A stretch of 64,000 nucleotides of DNA from Paludibacteraceae bacterium (GCA_017461505.1 JAFTXV010000004.1:13490-77489); one strand, 5' to 3'; counted from the first letter of the stretch, positions 42,301 to 51,562 are shown. Program-made: numbers and translations. The notes: generated from the sequence alone by a model not told the origin.

Positions 42301-43233
42301 TTAGTAAGTAATCAAGCGATCTTCATACCACTGACCCATATTCACAATCACACTGAGTGAGAATAGACAATCATGATATACACCTCGACTCATTTGAGCA
42401 AAGGTAGGGTGACCTGTAGGATCTAGTTCTATCGGATCAATCAACTTTTTCTTTTTATCTACTACTTGTACGTTAGACATAACGCCATCAATTGGACAAC
42501 CTCCCTCTAAATTTCCAGGAGTTAAGTACAGTTGATATTGGAACGCACCTTTAAGCTGCACATAGTCATTTATACGCCACTTAACACCAAAAACCAATGG
42601 GAGATAGGCGGCAACACCAAGAGAAGTTTCTCCACTGAGTTTATTTTTAGCACCTACAATCGGATAAGTGGAACTCAACTGCAAATTGCCATGAGAACCA
42701 ATTGCATTACGGATTGTTGCATCCTTATTGTAAAATGTCATACCCAAGCCAAATCCTACATAAGGAACCACATTATACAAACCTGCATTAGGCTGCATAA
42801 CGTTGGTATAATTCAAGATATTAAATTCAGCGATAGCATCTAAATGGCACAATGTATTGTAATACGTATAAGTTCTGTTATAGGTTTCAACGTCATTGCT
42901 ATTCGTTTCAATATAATGGATACGTTGAGCTGTTACCTGTGCACGCAGCGTCCAGCGAGAATCAAAGCGATAACCCAAAGAGCCACCATAAGTTTCAATA
43001 CCAGGCCATTTAAAAGTGGCACCATGACCTTGTTTCAAATACAGCGCATCATAAGAATGAATGCGATAAAGGGCATCATTACCTGCAATTGGATTACGTG
43101 GAGCCACATAAAATCCCACACCCGCAGTCAATCCCAACTCAAAGCGGTGTAAATGCTCACGAAAATCTGCAAACATCATCGTTGGGACACAAGCAAATGC
43201 CAACATTAAGACCAAAAAAGAGTTTCTCTTCAT
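42301..43233 (-). CDS. Outer membrane beta-barrel protein, paralogue of 41526-42293
   Basis: 310 aa with a signal peptide. It has RFELGLTAGVGFYVA and ends in Y. Confidence 0.6.
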   Translation of the reverse strand: MKRNSFLVLMLAFACVPTMMFADFREHLHRFELGLTAGVGFYVAPRNPIAGNDALYRIHSYDALYLKQGHGATFKWPGIETYGGSLGYRFDSRWTLRAQVTAQRIHYIETNSNDVETYNRTYTYYNTLCHLDAIAEFNILNYTNVMQPNAGLYNVVPYVGFGLGMTFYNKDATIRNAIGSHGNLQLSSTYPIVGAKNKLSGETSLGVAAYLPLVFGVKWRINDYVQLKGAFQYQLYLTPGNLEGGCPIDGVMSNVQVVDKKKKLIDPIELDPTGHPTFAQMSRGVYHDCLFSLSVIVNMGQWYEDRLITY

Positions 43234-43288
43234 AATTATTTCGTTTTTTTACATTTTATACAATCAGTTATTTGCTACAACTAGCCCG

Positions 43289-43320
43289 CAAAGGTACTGC
43301 TTTTTTTTGAAATATGCAAA
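43289..43320 (-). promoter_or_regulatory. Promoter of the beta-barrel / uppS / bamA / ompH operon
   Basis: The minus strand has TTTG (43320-43317), a 20-nt spacer with A8 and TAccTTTG (43296-43289). It abuts the radA stop. Confidence 0.8.
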
Positions 43321-44679
43321 TTATTTCTTAATTAAAATGCGAAAAGCATCTACAACACGACTAACCTCCATCACGCGTATGCGTAGTCCGTGCGCGTTGA
43401 ACTTCTGTCCAGCAGGAATGATAATCTGCTCAAAACCAAGCTTTTCCGCCTCTCTAATGCGTTGATCAATACGGTTTACAGGACGTATCTCTCCCGCCAA
43501 TCCCACCTCGCCAGTTATACATATTTTTGTATCAAGAGCAATGTCCATATTCGACGATAACACCGCCGCCAATACTGGCAAATCGATAGCAGGGTCATTC
43601 ACCTTGATACCACCTGCAATGTTCACGAATACGTCCTTTTGAAGCAGTTTGAATCCGACCCTTTTCTCCAAAACAGCCAAGAGCATATTCAATCGACGGC
43701 CATCAAAGCCAGTGCTACTTCGCTGAGGAGTGCCATATGCTGCACTTGCCACAAGTGCCTGAACTTCAATCAAAAGCGGACGTACACCTTCCACCGCAGC
43801 AGCTATAGCCACCCCTGATAATCCATCGCGATTACCCGACAATAGCAGCTCGCTCGGATTCAACACTTCGCGCAAGCCATCTTGCTGCATTTCGAAGATT
43901 CCTAATTCACTTGTACTTCCAAAACGATTCTTTTGTGCTCGCAGAATACGATAGACGTAGTGTTGGTCACCTTCAAATTGAAGTACAGTATCTACTATGT
44001 GTTCTAAGACCTTCGGCCCAGCCAGCGAACCCTCTTTATTGATATGCCCCACGATAATGAAAGGCACATTTTTTTCTTTCGCATACTGCAAGATTCGTGC
44101 TGCACATTCCTTCACTTGACTCAAACTACCAATACTCGCCTCTATCGACTCCGTACCTATCGTTTGAATACTATCCACTACTACTATTTCGGGTTGTATT
44201 TCGGTTACACTATCCAAGATACGCTCTAGCGAAGTCTCAGCCAAGATATATAGATTTTCCGCATTGCCAGATAAACGCTCTGCTCTGAGTTTCAGTTGCT
44301 TAGCACTTTCCTCGCCACTAGCATACAGCGTTTTCTTATTACCCATTTTCATCAGCACTTGCAGAGCAAGCGTTGATTTACCAATACCTGGCTCACCGCC
44401 CAATAGCACCAAACTTCCAGGCACTAATCCACCTCCCAGAACACGATTTAACTCCGAGGATTGCATATCCAATCGCATTTCCTCTTTTGCCTCCACCTCA
44501 TACAAGCGCTGCGCTTGTGCACCACGGCGCAAAGTAGCTCCGCCTTTCTTGGTAGATATAGGAGCAGTAACCTCTTCTTCGTATGTTCCCCATTCGCCAC
44601 AAACAGGGCAGCGACCAATCATTTGAGGAGATTGGGCACCACAATTGGAGCATACATATTTCGTGGAAGTTTTTGCCAT
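43321..44679 (-). CDS. radA: DNA repair protein RadA/Sms
   Basis: 452 aa. It has an N-terminal zinc ribbon (CSNCGAQSPQMIGRCPVCGEW), Walker A (GEPGIGKST), the KNRFG motif and a Lon-like C-terminal domain. Confidence 0.95.
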   Translation of the reverse strand: MAKTSTKYVCSNCGAQSPQMIGRCPVCGEWGTYEEEVTAPISTKKGGATLRRGAQAQRLYEVEAKEEMRLDMQSSELNRVLGGGLVPGSLVLLGGEPGIGKSTLALQVLMKMGNKKTLYASGEESAKQLKLRAERLSGNAENLYILAETSLERILDSVTEIQPEIVVVDSIQTIGTESIEASIGSLSQVKECAARILQYAKEKNVPFIIVGHINKEGSLAGPKVLEHIVDTVLQFEGDQHYVYRILRAQKNRFGSTSELGIFEMQQDGLREVLNPSELLLSGNRDGLSGVAIAAAVEGVRPLLIEVQALVASAAYGTPQRSSTGFDGRRLNMLLAVLEKRVGFKLLQKDVFVNIAGGIKVNDPAIDLPVLAAVLSSNMDIALDTKICITGEVGLAGEIRPVNRIDQRIREAEKLGFEQIIIPAGQKFNAHGLRIRVMEVSRVVDAFRILIKK

Positions 44680-45461
44680 TATAGTTCGATTTTCTCTTTT
44701 TCTACTGCTAATACGGTATTTTCAAAAACCTCTTTCGCTTCGTTCAAAAATACGGTATGATCATCTTCGCGAGCACTAAAATGCCCAATTATCAATTTTC
44801 CAGCCCCTGCTAATTTCGCAATCTGAGCAGCCTGCTTCGCAGTTGAATGCGTATGTTTCTTACATTTGTCAGCATCCTTTTCGGTGTACGTTGCCTCATG
44901 GAAGAGCACTTCTACTCCAGCAATCTGCTCAACTATCTGCTCGCGATACGCCGTATCCGAACAGTAGGCATAACGTTTACGAGGCTCTTTGTCGCGATGA
45001 TGTTCTGTAAACAAGAAACCACAAGTAGGTACTTTGTGTTTCAGCGGAATCGTTTCAATCGTTAGTGTACGATCCTCAAAAATCACCTCTTTCTTGCGCG
45101 GATTGATGGCATGAAACTCCACCTCATATGGCAAGTCTTGGCAATGATAATCTAGCAACGGACGAAGCAGTTTCTCCAAGTCAGCATGCGCATAGATATG
45201 CAAGGGTTGCGTCCGCCCCATCATTCCTAGAGTAGAGATTAATCCTATCAACCCAAAGCAATGATCACCATGCAAATGCGAAATCAGCACGGTATATAGT
45301 CGTGCAGTCTTCACACCCAACTGCCTCATTTTCAGTTGAGTTCCTTCTCCGCAGTCCACAAGAAACGACTTGTCGCACAATTCCACAATCTGCCCTGTAG
45401 GCGAATTCTGGAATGTAGGCATCGCACTGCCACAACCTAGTATGGTTACTTCGTTATTCAA
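44679..45461 (-). CDS. rnz: RNase Z / ElaC-family metallo-beta-lactamase nuclease, short form lacking the flexible arm
   Basis: 260 aa. It has HLHGDHCFGL (HxHxDH), later His/Asp motifs and GHFS. The roughly 50-aa exosite that lies between the H-containing strand and the GDT motif in B. subtilis RNase Z is absent (FTEHHRDKEPRKRYAYCSDT). Confidence 0.7.
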   Translation of the reverse strand: MNNEVTILGCGSAMPTFQNSPTGQIVELCDKSFLVDCGEGTQLKMRQLGVKTARLYTVLISHLHGDHCFGLIGLISTLGMMGRTQPLHIYAHADLEKLLRPLLDYHCQDLPYEVEFHAINPRKKEVIFEDRTLTIETIPLKHKVPTCGFLFTEHHRDKEPRKRYAYCSDTAYREQIVEQIAGVEVLFHEATYTEKDADKCKKHTHSTAKQAAQIAKLAGAGKLIIGHFSAREDDHTVFLNEAKEVFENTVLAVEKEKIEL

Positions 45462-45494
45462 AAGAGTTCTAAAAGTTTTAAGCGTTCTAAAGGT

Positions 45495-46286
45495 TTAGCC
45501 ACGAAGACTCAAATACACTCGCATAAACACCGCTTTGGTGTATTGAGGGAAGTCGCCTTGCTGAATCCAACCATGATAACCAGGATCACGACGGAAAACA
45601 TCCGCCACACGTTGCCCCTTGTACTTACCAAAATTGAATATCTCTTTACCCTCTGCGTCATACGCCACACGTCCCGCAAAGTCTGCAAAGCGCACTGCGC
45701 CCGTGGTATAATCTGCCAATTCCTCTACAGTATCAGGCAATTCGTATTTCTCCAACTGTGCTTTCAATACTTCGTAAGTAGCCATAGTATCTGCATCCGC
45801 AGCATGAGCATTGGTCAAATCCTTGCCACAGTAGAACTTATACGCAGCTACCAAATTACGTGGCTCTTGACGTTGGAAAATAGTAAACACATCTACCATA
45901 CGCATGCGTTTCAGATCCACATCTTGTCCCACACGCAACAACTCTTCCGCTAGCAATGGCACATCAAAATGGTTGGAGTTATATCCTGCCAAGTCGCTAC
46001 CTTCCAGCACCTTAACCAATTCTGGAGCAATCTCTTTGAAGGTAGGGCAATCCACCAAATCCTCATCATGTATGCCGTGCACAGCAGTAGCCTCATCCGA
46101 GATATGCATTTGTATTTCCTGCCCAAGCATCACCTGCGTAGGTTTAACGCGGAAAGTCTTCCCCTCGGCACAGCCGTTAGGGAAGACCTTGTAGTAACTC
46201 AATTCTACTATTCTATCTTGAGCTATATTCAAACCCGTAGTCTCCAAATCAAAGAAAACCAACGGGCGAGTAAGTTTCAATCTCAT
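45495..46286 (-). CDS. DnaQ-like 3'-5' exonuclease (DNA polymerase III epsilon family)
   Basis: 263 aa. It has Exo I (FFDLETTGL), Exo II (YNSNHFDVPLL) and Exo III (HAADADTMAT). It lies directly downstream of dnaN. Confidence 0.85.
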   Translation of the reverse strand: MRLKLTRPLVFFDLETTGLNIAQDRIVELSYYKVFPNGCAEGKTFRVKPTQVMLGQEIQMHISDEATAVHGIHDEDLVDCPTFKEIAPELVKVLEGSDLAGYNSNHFDVPLLAEELLRVGQDVDLKRMRMVDVFTIFQRQEPRNLVAAYKFYCGKDLTNAHAADADTMATYEVLKAQLEKYELPDTVEELADYTTGAVRFADFAGRVAYDAEGKEIFNFGKYKGQRVADVFRRDPGYHGWIQQGDFPQYTKAVFMRVYLSLRG

Positions 46287-46401
46287 AGTTTAATCATACA
46301 TTTTGTAGTTTGTTTTGAGCAGATTGCTGGGCGAACCGAGGGAGCAATGCGGAACATTGTGACCGAATAACAACCAGCAAGATGCCAAAAGAAACACAAA
46401 A

Positions 46402-47520
46402 TTAGTCGTTCAAGAGCATTGGCATTAACAATATCAATAACTCTTGATTTGCCTCGTTCTCCGAAGGCAAAATCAAACCTGCGCGAGCAGGATCTGCCAA
46501 AGCCAAGACCACATCTTGAGAAGCGATAGAAGACAAGATCTCAATCAAGAAAGGAGCCTTAAAGCCGATTGCCATTGGCATACCAGCATAATCGCATGCG
46601 ATGGTTTCTTCAGCCGAAGTAGAGAAGTCGATATCTTGCGCAGAAATCTTGATTTGGTTCTCGGTCAATGCCAACTTAATCAAGCTTGTACCTGTATTAG
46701 CAAACACAGCCACACGCTTACAAGCATTCACGATTGTTTGACGATCTACAATCACCTTATTGGTATTATTTTGTGGAATAACCGCATTGTAATTAGGGAA
46801 ACGACCCTCAATTTGGCGGCAAACAACAATGGTTTGGCCAAATGTAAAGGTAGCGTTCTTTGCACCGAAGTTAACCATCACATTATCTGTACCTTTTAAT
46901 ACTTGACGGAGCAATTGAGCTGGCTTCTTTGGCAGGATAAAGTTAACCGATTGCGCACCCTTTACGCTATCATTGGTATAGCGAACCAAACGATGAGCAT
47001 CGGTAGCAACAAGTGTAAGTTTATCCTCGTTCAAATCAAAATAAATACCATTCATTACTGGACGTAACTCATCGTCAGCCGTACAGAAGATAGTTTTGTT
47101 AATAGCGTCATACAATACATCAGCAGCCACCTCAAAACTATTCTCACCTTCCTCAATTGGCATCTCTGGATACTCGTTGCCATTCGCACCTACAAAACTA
47201 TAGGTACCATTTGCGCTGGTGATATTCAAACCAAAGTTTTGGTCATCAATATGGAAGGTAAGAGGTTGCTCTGAAAACTCCTTCAAAGTTTCCAACAGAA
47301 TCTTAGCCGCAACTGCTACCTTTCCTTCACCTTGTGCGTTATCTACAGTCATAGAAGTGCGCAAAGTAGTCTCACCATCAGAAGCAGTCAACATCAATTG
47401 ATCACCCTTCAAATCAAACAACACGCACTCTAAAATTTGCAAACTATTCTTTGCCGCAATCACACGGCTGGCTGCTTGCAATTGTGCAAACAATTCCTTG
47501 CTAGATACATTAAATTTCAT
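46402..47520 (-). CDS. dnaN: DNA polymerase III beta sliding clamp
   Basis: 372 aa. The sequence is DnaN-like over its full length (MKFNVSSKELFAQLQAASRVI...). Confidence 0.95.
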   Translation of the reverse strand: MKFNVSSKELFAQLQAASRVIAAKNSLQILECVLFDLKGDQLMLTASDGETTLRTSMTVDNAQGEGKVAVAAKILLETLKEFSEQPLTFHIDDQNFGLNITSANGTYSFVGANGNEYPEMPIEEGENSFEVAADVLYDAINKTIFCTADDELRPVMNGIYFDLNEDKLTLVATDAHRLVRYTNDSVKGAQSVNFILPKKPAQLLRQVLKGTDNVMVNFGAKNATFTFGQTIVVCRQIEGRFPNYNAVIPQNNTNKVIVDRQTIVNACKRVAVFANTGTSLIKLALTENQIKISAQDIDFSTSAEETIACDYAGMPMAIGFKAPFLIEILSSIASQDVVLALADPARAGLILPSENEANQELLILLMPMLLND

Positions 47521-47584
47521 ATCGGTATTAATTTATTTAATTCAACATTGCAAGAGTATCATCAAAGAATACCCTATTCGGCTG

Positions 47585-47616
47585 CAAAGTTACAAAAAAA
47601 TCACGAATAATGCAAA
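47585..47616 (-). promoter_or_regulatory. dnaN promoter
   Basis: The minus strand has TTTG (47616-47613), a 20-nt spacer with T7 and TAacTTTG (47592-47585). Confidence 0.8.
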
Positions 47617-47619
47617 TAA

Positions 47620-47651
47620 TTTGCACATTTTATTAAAAATTCGTACCTTTG
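47620..47651 (+). promoter_or_regulatory. murI promoter
   Basis: TTTG at 47620-47623, a 20-nt spacer and TAccTTTG at 47644-47651. The ATG is at 47668. Confidence 0.8.
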
Positions 47652-47667
47652 CAGCGAAAATAGCGGT

Positions 47668-48495
47668 ATGATAGGTGTTTTTGATAGTGGTTATGGCGGT
47701 CTGACTATCTTGAGTAAGATTCGCCAATTACTTCCCGAGTACGATTATCTCTACTTGGGCGACAATGCTCGTGCGCCCTACGGAACTCGCTCATTTGATG
47801 TGATTTACGAATACACCTTGCAAGCAGTAAACTACCTTCACGAACAAGGATGCAACTTGATTATACTAGCCTGTAATACTGCTAGCGCTGAAGCGCTCCG
47901 CACTATTCAGCAGCGTGACATCAATCCCGAAGAACTTCGTGTATTGGGTGTCATCCGTCCTACAGTAGAGGTTATTCCGCAGCGCACAAAAAACAAACAT
48001 ATTGGTGTACTCGCCACCCCAGGCACAGTTGCTTCTGAGAGTTATGTGATTGAGTTATTGAAGCAAGACCCTACTCTCGTTGTCACTCAACAAGCATGCC
48101 CTATGTGGGTGCCGCTGATTGAGTCAGGAGAACACTTGGGAGAGGGCGCAGACTATTTTGTAGAGAAATACTTGAACGAATTGCTCGAACAAGACCCTCT
48201 TATTGATACCATCATTTTGGGATGCACCCACTATCCACTTATTCAAGACAAGATTGAAGCATATTTGTTGCAAACCAACCGCCACATATCAGTTGTAACG
48301 CAGGGCGAGATTGTCGCGCAGAGTCTAGCGGATTATCTACACCGCCATCCTGAAATTGTCGAACGTATCTCCTCCCCTTTGAGGGGGAGGTCGGGAGGGG
48401 GCTTCCTTACTACCGAATCAGCCACCAAGTTTGCCGATTCTGCTTCGCTTTTCTTATCCGAACCGATTGAGGCGGAGCATATTGAGTTGCAATAG
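47668..48495 (+). CDS. murI: Glutamate racemase
   Basis: 275 aa. Motifs include IGVFDSGYGGLT, ACNTAS and LGCTHYP, which contain the catalytic Cys residues. Confidence 0.93.
   Translation: MIGVFDSGYGGLTILSKIRQLLPEYDYLYLGDNARAPYGTRSFDVIYEYTLQAVNYLHEQGCNLIILACNTASAEALRTIQQRDINPEELRVLGVIRPTVEVIPQRTKNKHIGVLATPGTVASESYVIELLKQDPTLVVTQQACPMWVPLIESGEHLGEGADYFVEKYLNELLEQDPLIDTIILGCTHYPLIQDKIEAYLLQTNRHISVVTQGEIVAQSLADYLHRHPEIVERISSPLRGRSGGGFLTTESATKFADSASLFLSEPIEAEHIELQ
48368..48407. repeat. GC-rich hairpin/G-run micro-element, copy in murI (sense)
   Basis: The sequence reads tctcctcccctttgagggggaggtcgggagggggcttcctt. It encodes SSPLRGRSGGGFL. Confidence 0.85.
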
Positions 48496-48520
48496 ATCCT
48501 TCTTGCAAATCTCTTGGTAA

Positions 48521-48575
48521 TTACGCACTATTCACGCACAATACACGGACAATAGACGCACAATACACGCACTAT
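48521..48575. repeat. 11-bp tandem array x5 (WCACGCACAAT)
   Basis: The units read ttacgcactat, tcacgcacaat, acacggacaat, agacgcacaat and acacgcactat. The array lies in a convergent intergenic region. Confidence 0.95.
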
Positions 48576-48616
48576 TCCTTTCACTTCCGTGAAGAATCAC
48601 TGGCAGATACATAAAC

Positions 48617-48656
48617 AAAAAAAAATCGTTCCCTTGAAAAAGAGAACGATTTTTTG
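48617..48656. terminator. Bidirectional terminator between murI and the lipoprotein gene
   Basis: The hairpin is atcgttccc-ttgaaaaa-gagaacgat. It is flanked by A9 and T5. Confidence 0.8.
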
Positions 48657-48670
48657 TTACTACAATTTAA

Positions 48671-49765
48671 TTATGGGCAAACAGGACGTATTGGCAAACC
48701 ATTACAACGATATTTTGCTCCCCGCACAGGCTCATCCACAGAAGCCCAATTGCCATCTCTATTAATACAATTTGCAATTTTACTACTACTAGGAAGGACG
48801 TCCGCATCATATGTACTCAACCAATACAACACAGATCTTCCTTTATGCACATAAATTTCATCAGGTACTGAATAATTTGTTGGATCATTCATAAAACCTG
48901 CGGCAGGCAAAAATATTGAATACTCATTTGGACCTATTATTTTTAACCCCTTAACGCCACTTAAGGTAGTCCATTCAAAATCGCATATTTTTTGCAACTC
49001 CCAATAATCTTCTATAGTTGGCATTCTCCAGTTTCCACCCCAATTAACATGTGCTGCATCATCTCCTTTGTGTAGTTGTTTTGTGCTACTCGAACCAGAT
49101 AGAGCTTCCGTCGCCTTATACTTTGTAACAGCATAATGACCACCATAGTATCTACTATACACAGCATGTCTATATGTTTTCCATGTATACTCTTGTTTGG
49201 GTCTAACTTCTGCCCACGCGAAGAAATTACCATATTCTTCTGGACTACTTGCGCCTATATTACATGTTGCCCATTTTAGTCCACTTGGCAAGCCCAAATC
49301 TACATAATCATGCCCTTCATGAGTACCCGAGATTGGTGGTAAATCAGGCGTCTCAAATGTTTTGATATCGCCAAAATACAACTTCCTATTCTTAACAGCC
49401 CATGCACGATAATAATATTTAGTAGCAGGATTTAAACGATCAATCGTAATATTTGGATCAAATCTATATTGTTCATGACAATCATCGAAGTAATCTTTAC
49501 CATATTGTTTTTTCAGCGACTTAAATTCTTCTTTGAGCGCTTTAGATTGGTGCACCAATTCTTCTTCACTTTCTCCCAACAAAACATTGTATTGATTAAA
49601 AGAAACGTATCCACGACCTATTTCACTTTTTATATAAACTGCAATATCTGCAGTAGTAGCCTCTAAATTCGAGACCTCACCAGTTTTAACCATCTTTGAG
49701 CACCCAGCCATAATGGTCACACAAAACACAAAAGCAAAATAAATAAACCTTTTCATAAAAAACAA
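48671..49765 (-). CDS. Lipoprotein with a FISUMP/DUF1566-like C-terminal domain (tentative)
   Basis: 364 aa. It has a lipobox (IMAGCS). The motifs LKWATCNIGA, GNFFAWAE, NWRMPTIEDYWEL, LPAAG and YWLST resemble TIGR02145/DUF1566-type domains. An alternative start is at 49756. Confidence 0.5.
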   Translation of the reverse strand: MFFMKRFIYFAFVFCVTIMAGCSKMVKTGEVSNLEATTADIAVYIKSEIGRGYVSFNQYNVLLGESEEELVHQSKALKEEFKSLKKQYGKDYFDDCHEQYRFDPNITIDRLNPATKYYYRAWAVKNRKLYFGDIKTFETPDLPPISGTHEGHDYVDLGLPSGLKWATCNIGASSPEEYGNFFAWAEVRPKQEYTWKTYRHAVYSRYYGGHYAVTKYKATEALSGSSSTKQLHKGDDAAHVNWGGNWRMPTIEDYWELQKICDFEWTTLSGVKGLKIIGPNEYSIFLPAAGFMNDPTNYSVPDEIYVHKGRSVLYWLSTYDADVLPSSSKIANCINRDGNWASVDEPVRGAKYRCNGLPIRPVCP

Positions 49766-49786
49766 TTTTATTGCACTTATTACACT

Positions 49787-51562
49787 TTAGATTCCTAGAC
49801 TTGCCTTGATCGCAGGGACTTTGGCTTCGGCTACGGCTACGGCTTTGTCGTAGTCAGCAGGAGTTGGCATCTCGGCAGGGATCTCGAAGTAGAACTTAAT
49901 CTTTGGTTCGGTACCACTTGGGCGAACGCTAATCTTCATACCACCTTCGGTGAAGTATTGGAGCACGTTGCTGGTTGCATTGAGCGCCATCACGATAGGA
50001 GTCTCTACCCACTCGCCATTCACGAGTTCGCGTTGAACGAGGGTCTTGAAGTCCTTAGACTTAATCACCTTCTCGCCAGCAATCTCCACAGGAGGATTTT
50101 GGCGATAGTTGACCATCATGGCTTGAATCTCCTCTGCGCCAGACTTACCAGGGCGAACGACATTGATAGTAGTCTCGCGTTGGAAGCCGTACTCCATATA
50201 CATATTAAGGAGATAATCGTAGAGGGTCATGCCGTTGTCCTTGGCATAAGCTGCAATCTCGCAGATGAGGCAGATAGCAGAAGGAGAGCATTTATCGCGT
50301 ACGCCGTCGAAAGCCAAGAAGCCGAAGCTCTCTTCGCCACCGCCGATGTATTTGTGGGTACCTTCCCACTCGCGGATACGGTTGGCAATCCACTTAAAGC
50401 CTGTATATTCGTCGGTCAAAGTCACACCTTGTGCGTCTGCCATCTTGCGAATTAACTCGCTGGTAACAATGGTCTTAACGAGGTAGTGCTCAGGGCGGAG
50501 TTTGCCAAGTTTCTTCATATTGTTGATGATGTAGTAGCAGTACATCATACAGGTTTGGTTGCCGTTGATGATGGTCCACTCGCCTTTGTCGTTGCGGCAA
50601 ACGATGGCGATACGGTCGGCATCTGGGTCAGAAGCGATGACAAGGTCGGCGTTGAGTTGGGTGCCGAGGTTCATACCCATGGTCATTGCCTCAGCGTTCT
50701 CTGGGTTAGGACTTTGCACGGTAGAGAAATTGCCATCGATGACCATTTGCTCAGGCACTACATGGATATTCTCGAAGCCCCAAGAGCGGAGGCACATTGG
50801 GATGATTTGGCGTCCTGCGCCGTGGAGAGGGGTATAAACGATATTGAGGTCTTTTTGGCGGAGAATAGTCTCTTGGTCAATCATGACGGTCTTCACAGCT
50901 TGCATGTAGTCGTAGTCCATCTCACCGCCGATGATCTCGATAAGATGCTCATTGCCAGTCATTTTCACATCAGCGAGAGTCACTTTGTTTACCTCGTCGA
51001 TGATACCTTGGTCGTGTGGTTGGAGCACTTGGCTGCCGTCCTCCCAATAAGCCTTGTAGCCGTTGTACTCTTTAGGGTTGTGGCTGGCGGTCACATTGAC
51101 ACCACCTTGCGCAGAGAGGTGACGGATAGCGAAGCTCACCTCTGGTGTTGGGCGTAGGCTCTCGAAGAGATACACCTTAATGCCGTTGGCAGCAAATACC
51201 GCAGCTACGGTCTCAGCAAAGAGGCGGCCGTTGTTGCGGCAGTCGTGACCTACTACGACGCTAACAGTGTCGCCCTTGAGGGTGGTGAAACCGCCTTCGC
51301 GTTGTACTTTGAGGAGGTAGTTGGCATAGCCTTGGGTGGCTTGTGCCACGATGTATTGGTTCATGCGGTTGGTACCAGGACCCATAAGGCCACGGAGACC
51401 ACCTGTACCAAATTCGAGGGTGCGATAGAAACTATCGATGAGTTCGGTTTTGTCTTCCGCCTCGATCATCGCTTTGACAGCGGCTTGTGTCTCAGCATCG
51501 TAAGGCGCTTTAGTCCATTGCTCAGCAATGGCTAATACTTTTTCGAGTTCTTCGTTTTTCAT
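49787..51562 (-). CDS. Phospho-sugar mutase (phosphoglucomutase/phosphomannomutase family)
   Basis: The ORF is trimmed to MKNEELEKVL (ATG at 51562) because the promoter -7 box is at 51609-51602. The active-site loop is TASHNPKEYNGYK. Confidence 0.9.
   Translation of the reverse strand: MKNEELEKVLAIAEQWTKAPYDAETQAAVKAMIEAEDKTELIDSFYRTLEFGTGGLRGLMGPGTNRMNQYIVAQATQGYANYLLKVQREGGFTTLKGDTVSVVVGHDCRNNGRLFAETVAAVFAANGIKVYLFESLRPTPEVSFAIRHLSAQGGVNVTASHNPKEYNGYKAYWEDGSQVLQPHDQGIIDEVNKVTLADVKMTGNEHLIEIIGGEMDYDYMQAVKTVMIDQETILRQKDLNIVYTPLHGAGRQIIPMCLRSWGFENIHVVPEQMVIDGNFSTVQSPNPENAEAMTMGMNLGTQLNADLVIASDPDADRIAIVCRNDKGEWTIINGNQTCMMYCYYIINNMKKLGKLRPEHYLVKTIVTSELIRKMADAQGVTLTDEYTGFKWIANRIREWEGTHKYIGGGEESFGFLAFDGVRDKCSPSAICLICEIAAYAKDNGMTLYDYLLNMYMEYGFQRETTINVVRPGKSGAEEIQAMMVNYRQNPPVEIAGEKVIKSKDFKTLVQRELVNGEWVETPIVMALNATSNVLQYFTEGGMKISVRPSGTEPKIKFYFEIPAEMPTPADYDKAVAVAEAKVPAIKASLGI

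Noticed and set aside
47521-47667. Possible oriC next to dnaN
   Set aside because: There is no cluster of DnaA boxes and no dnaA gene nearby. The only perfect TTATCCACA I noticed is a single copy inside the DUF4954-like gene (51996-52004). The AT-rich region here is explained by two divergent promoters.
50486-51157. 223-aa plus-strand ORF inside the phospho-sugar mutase gene
   Set aside because: It is an antisense shadow ORF in a comparatively GC-rich gene. The sense frame carries the TASHNP active-site loop and full-length mutase similarity.
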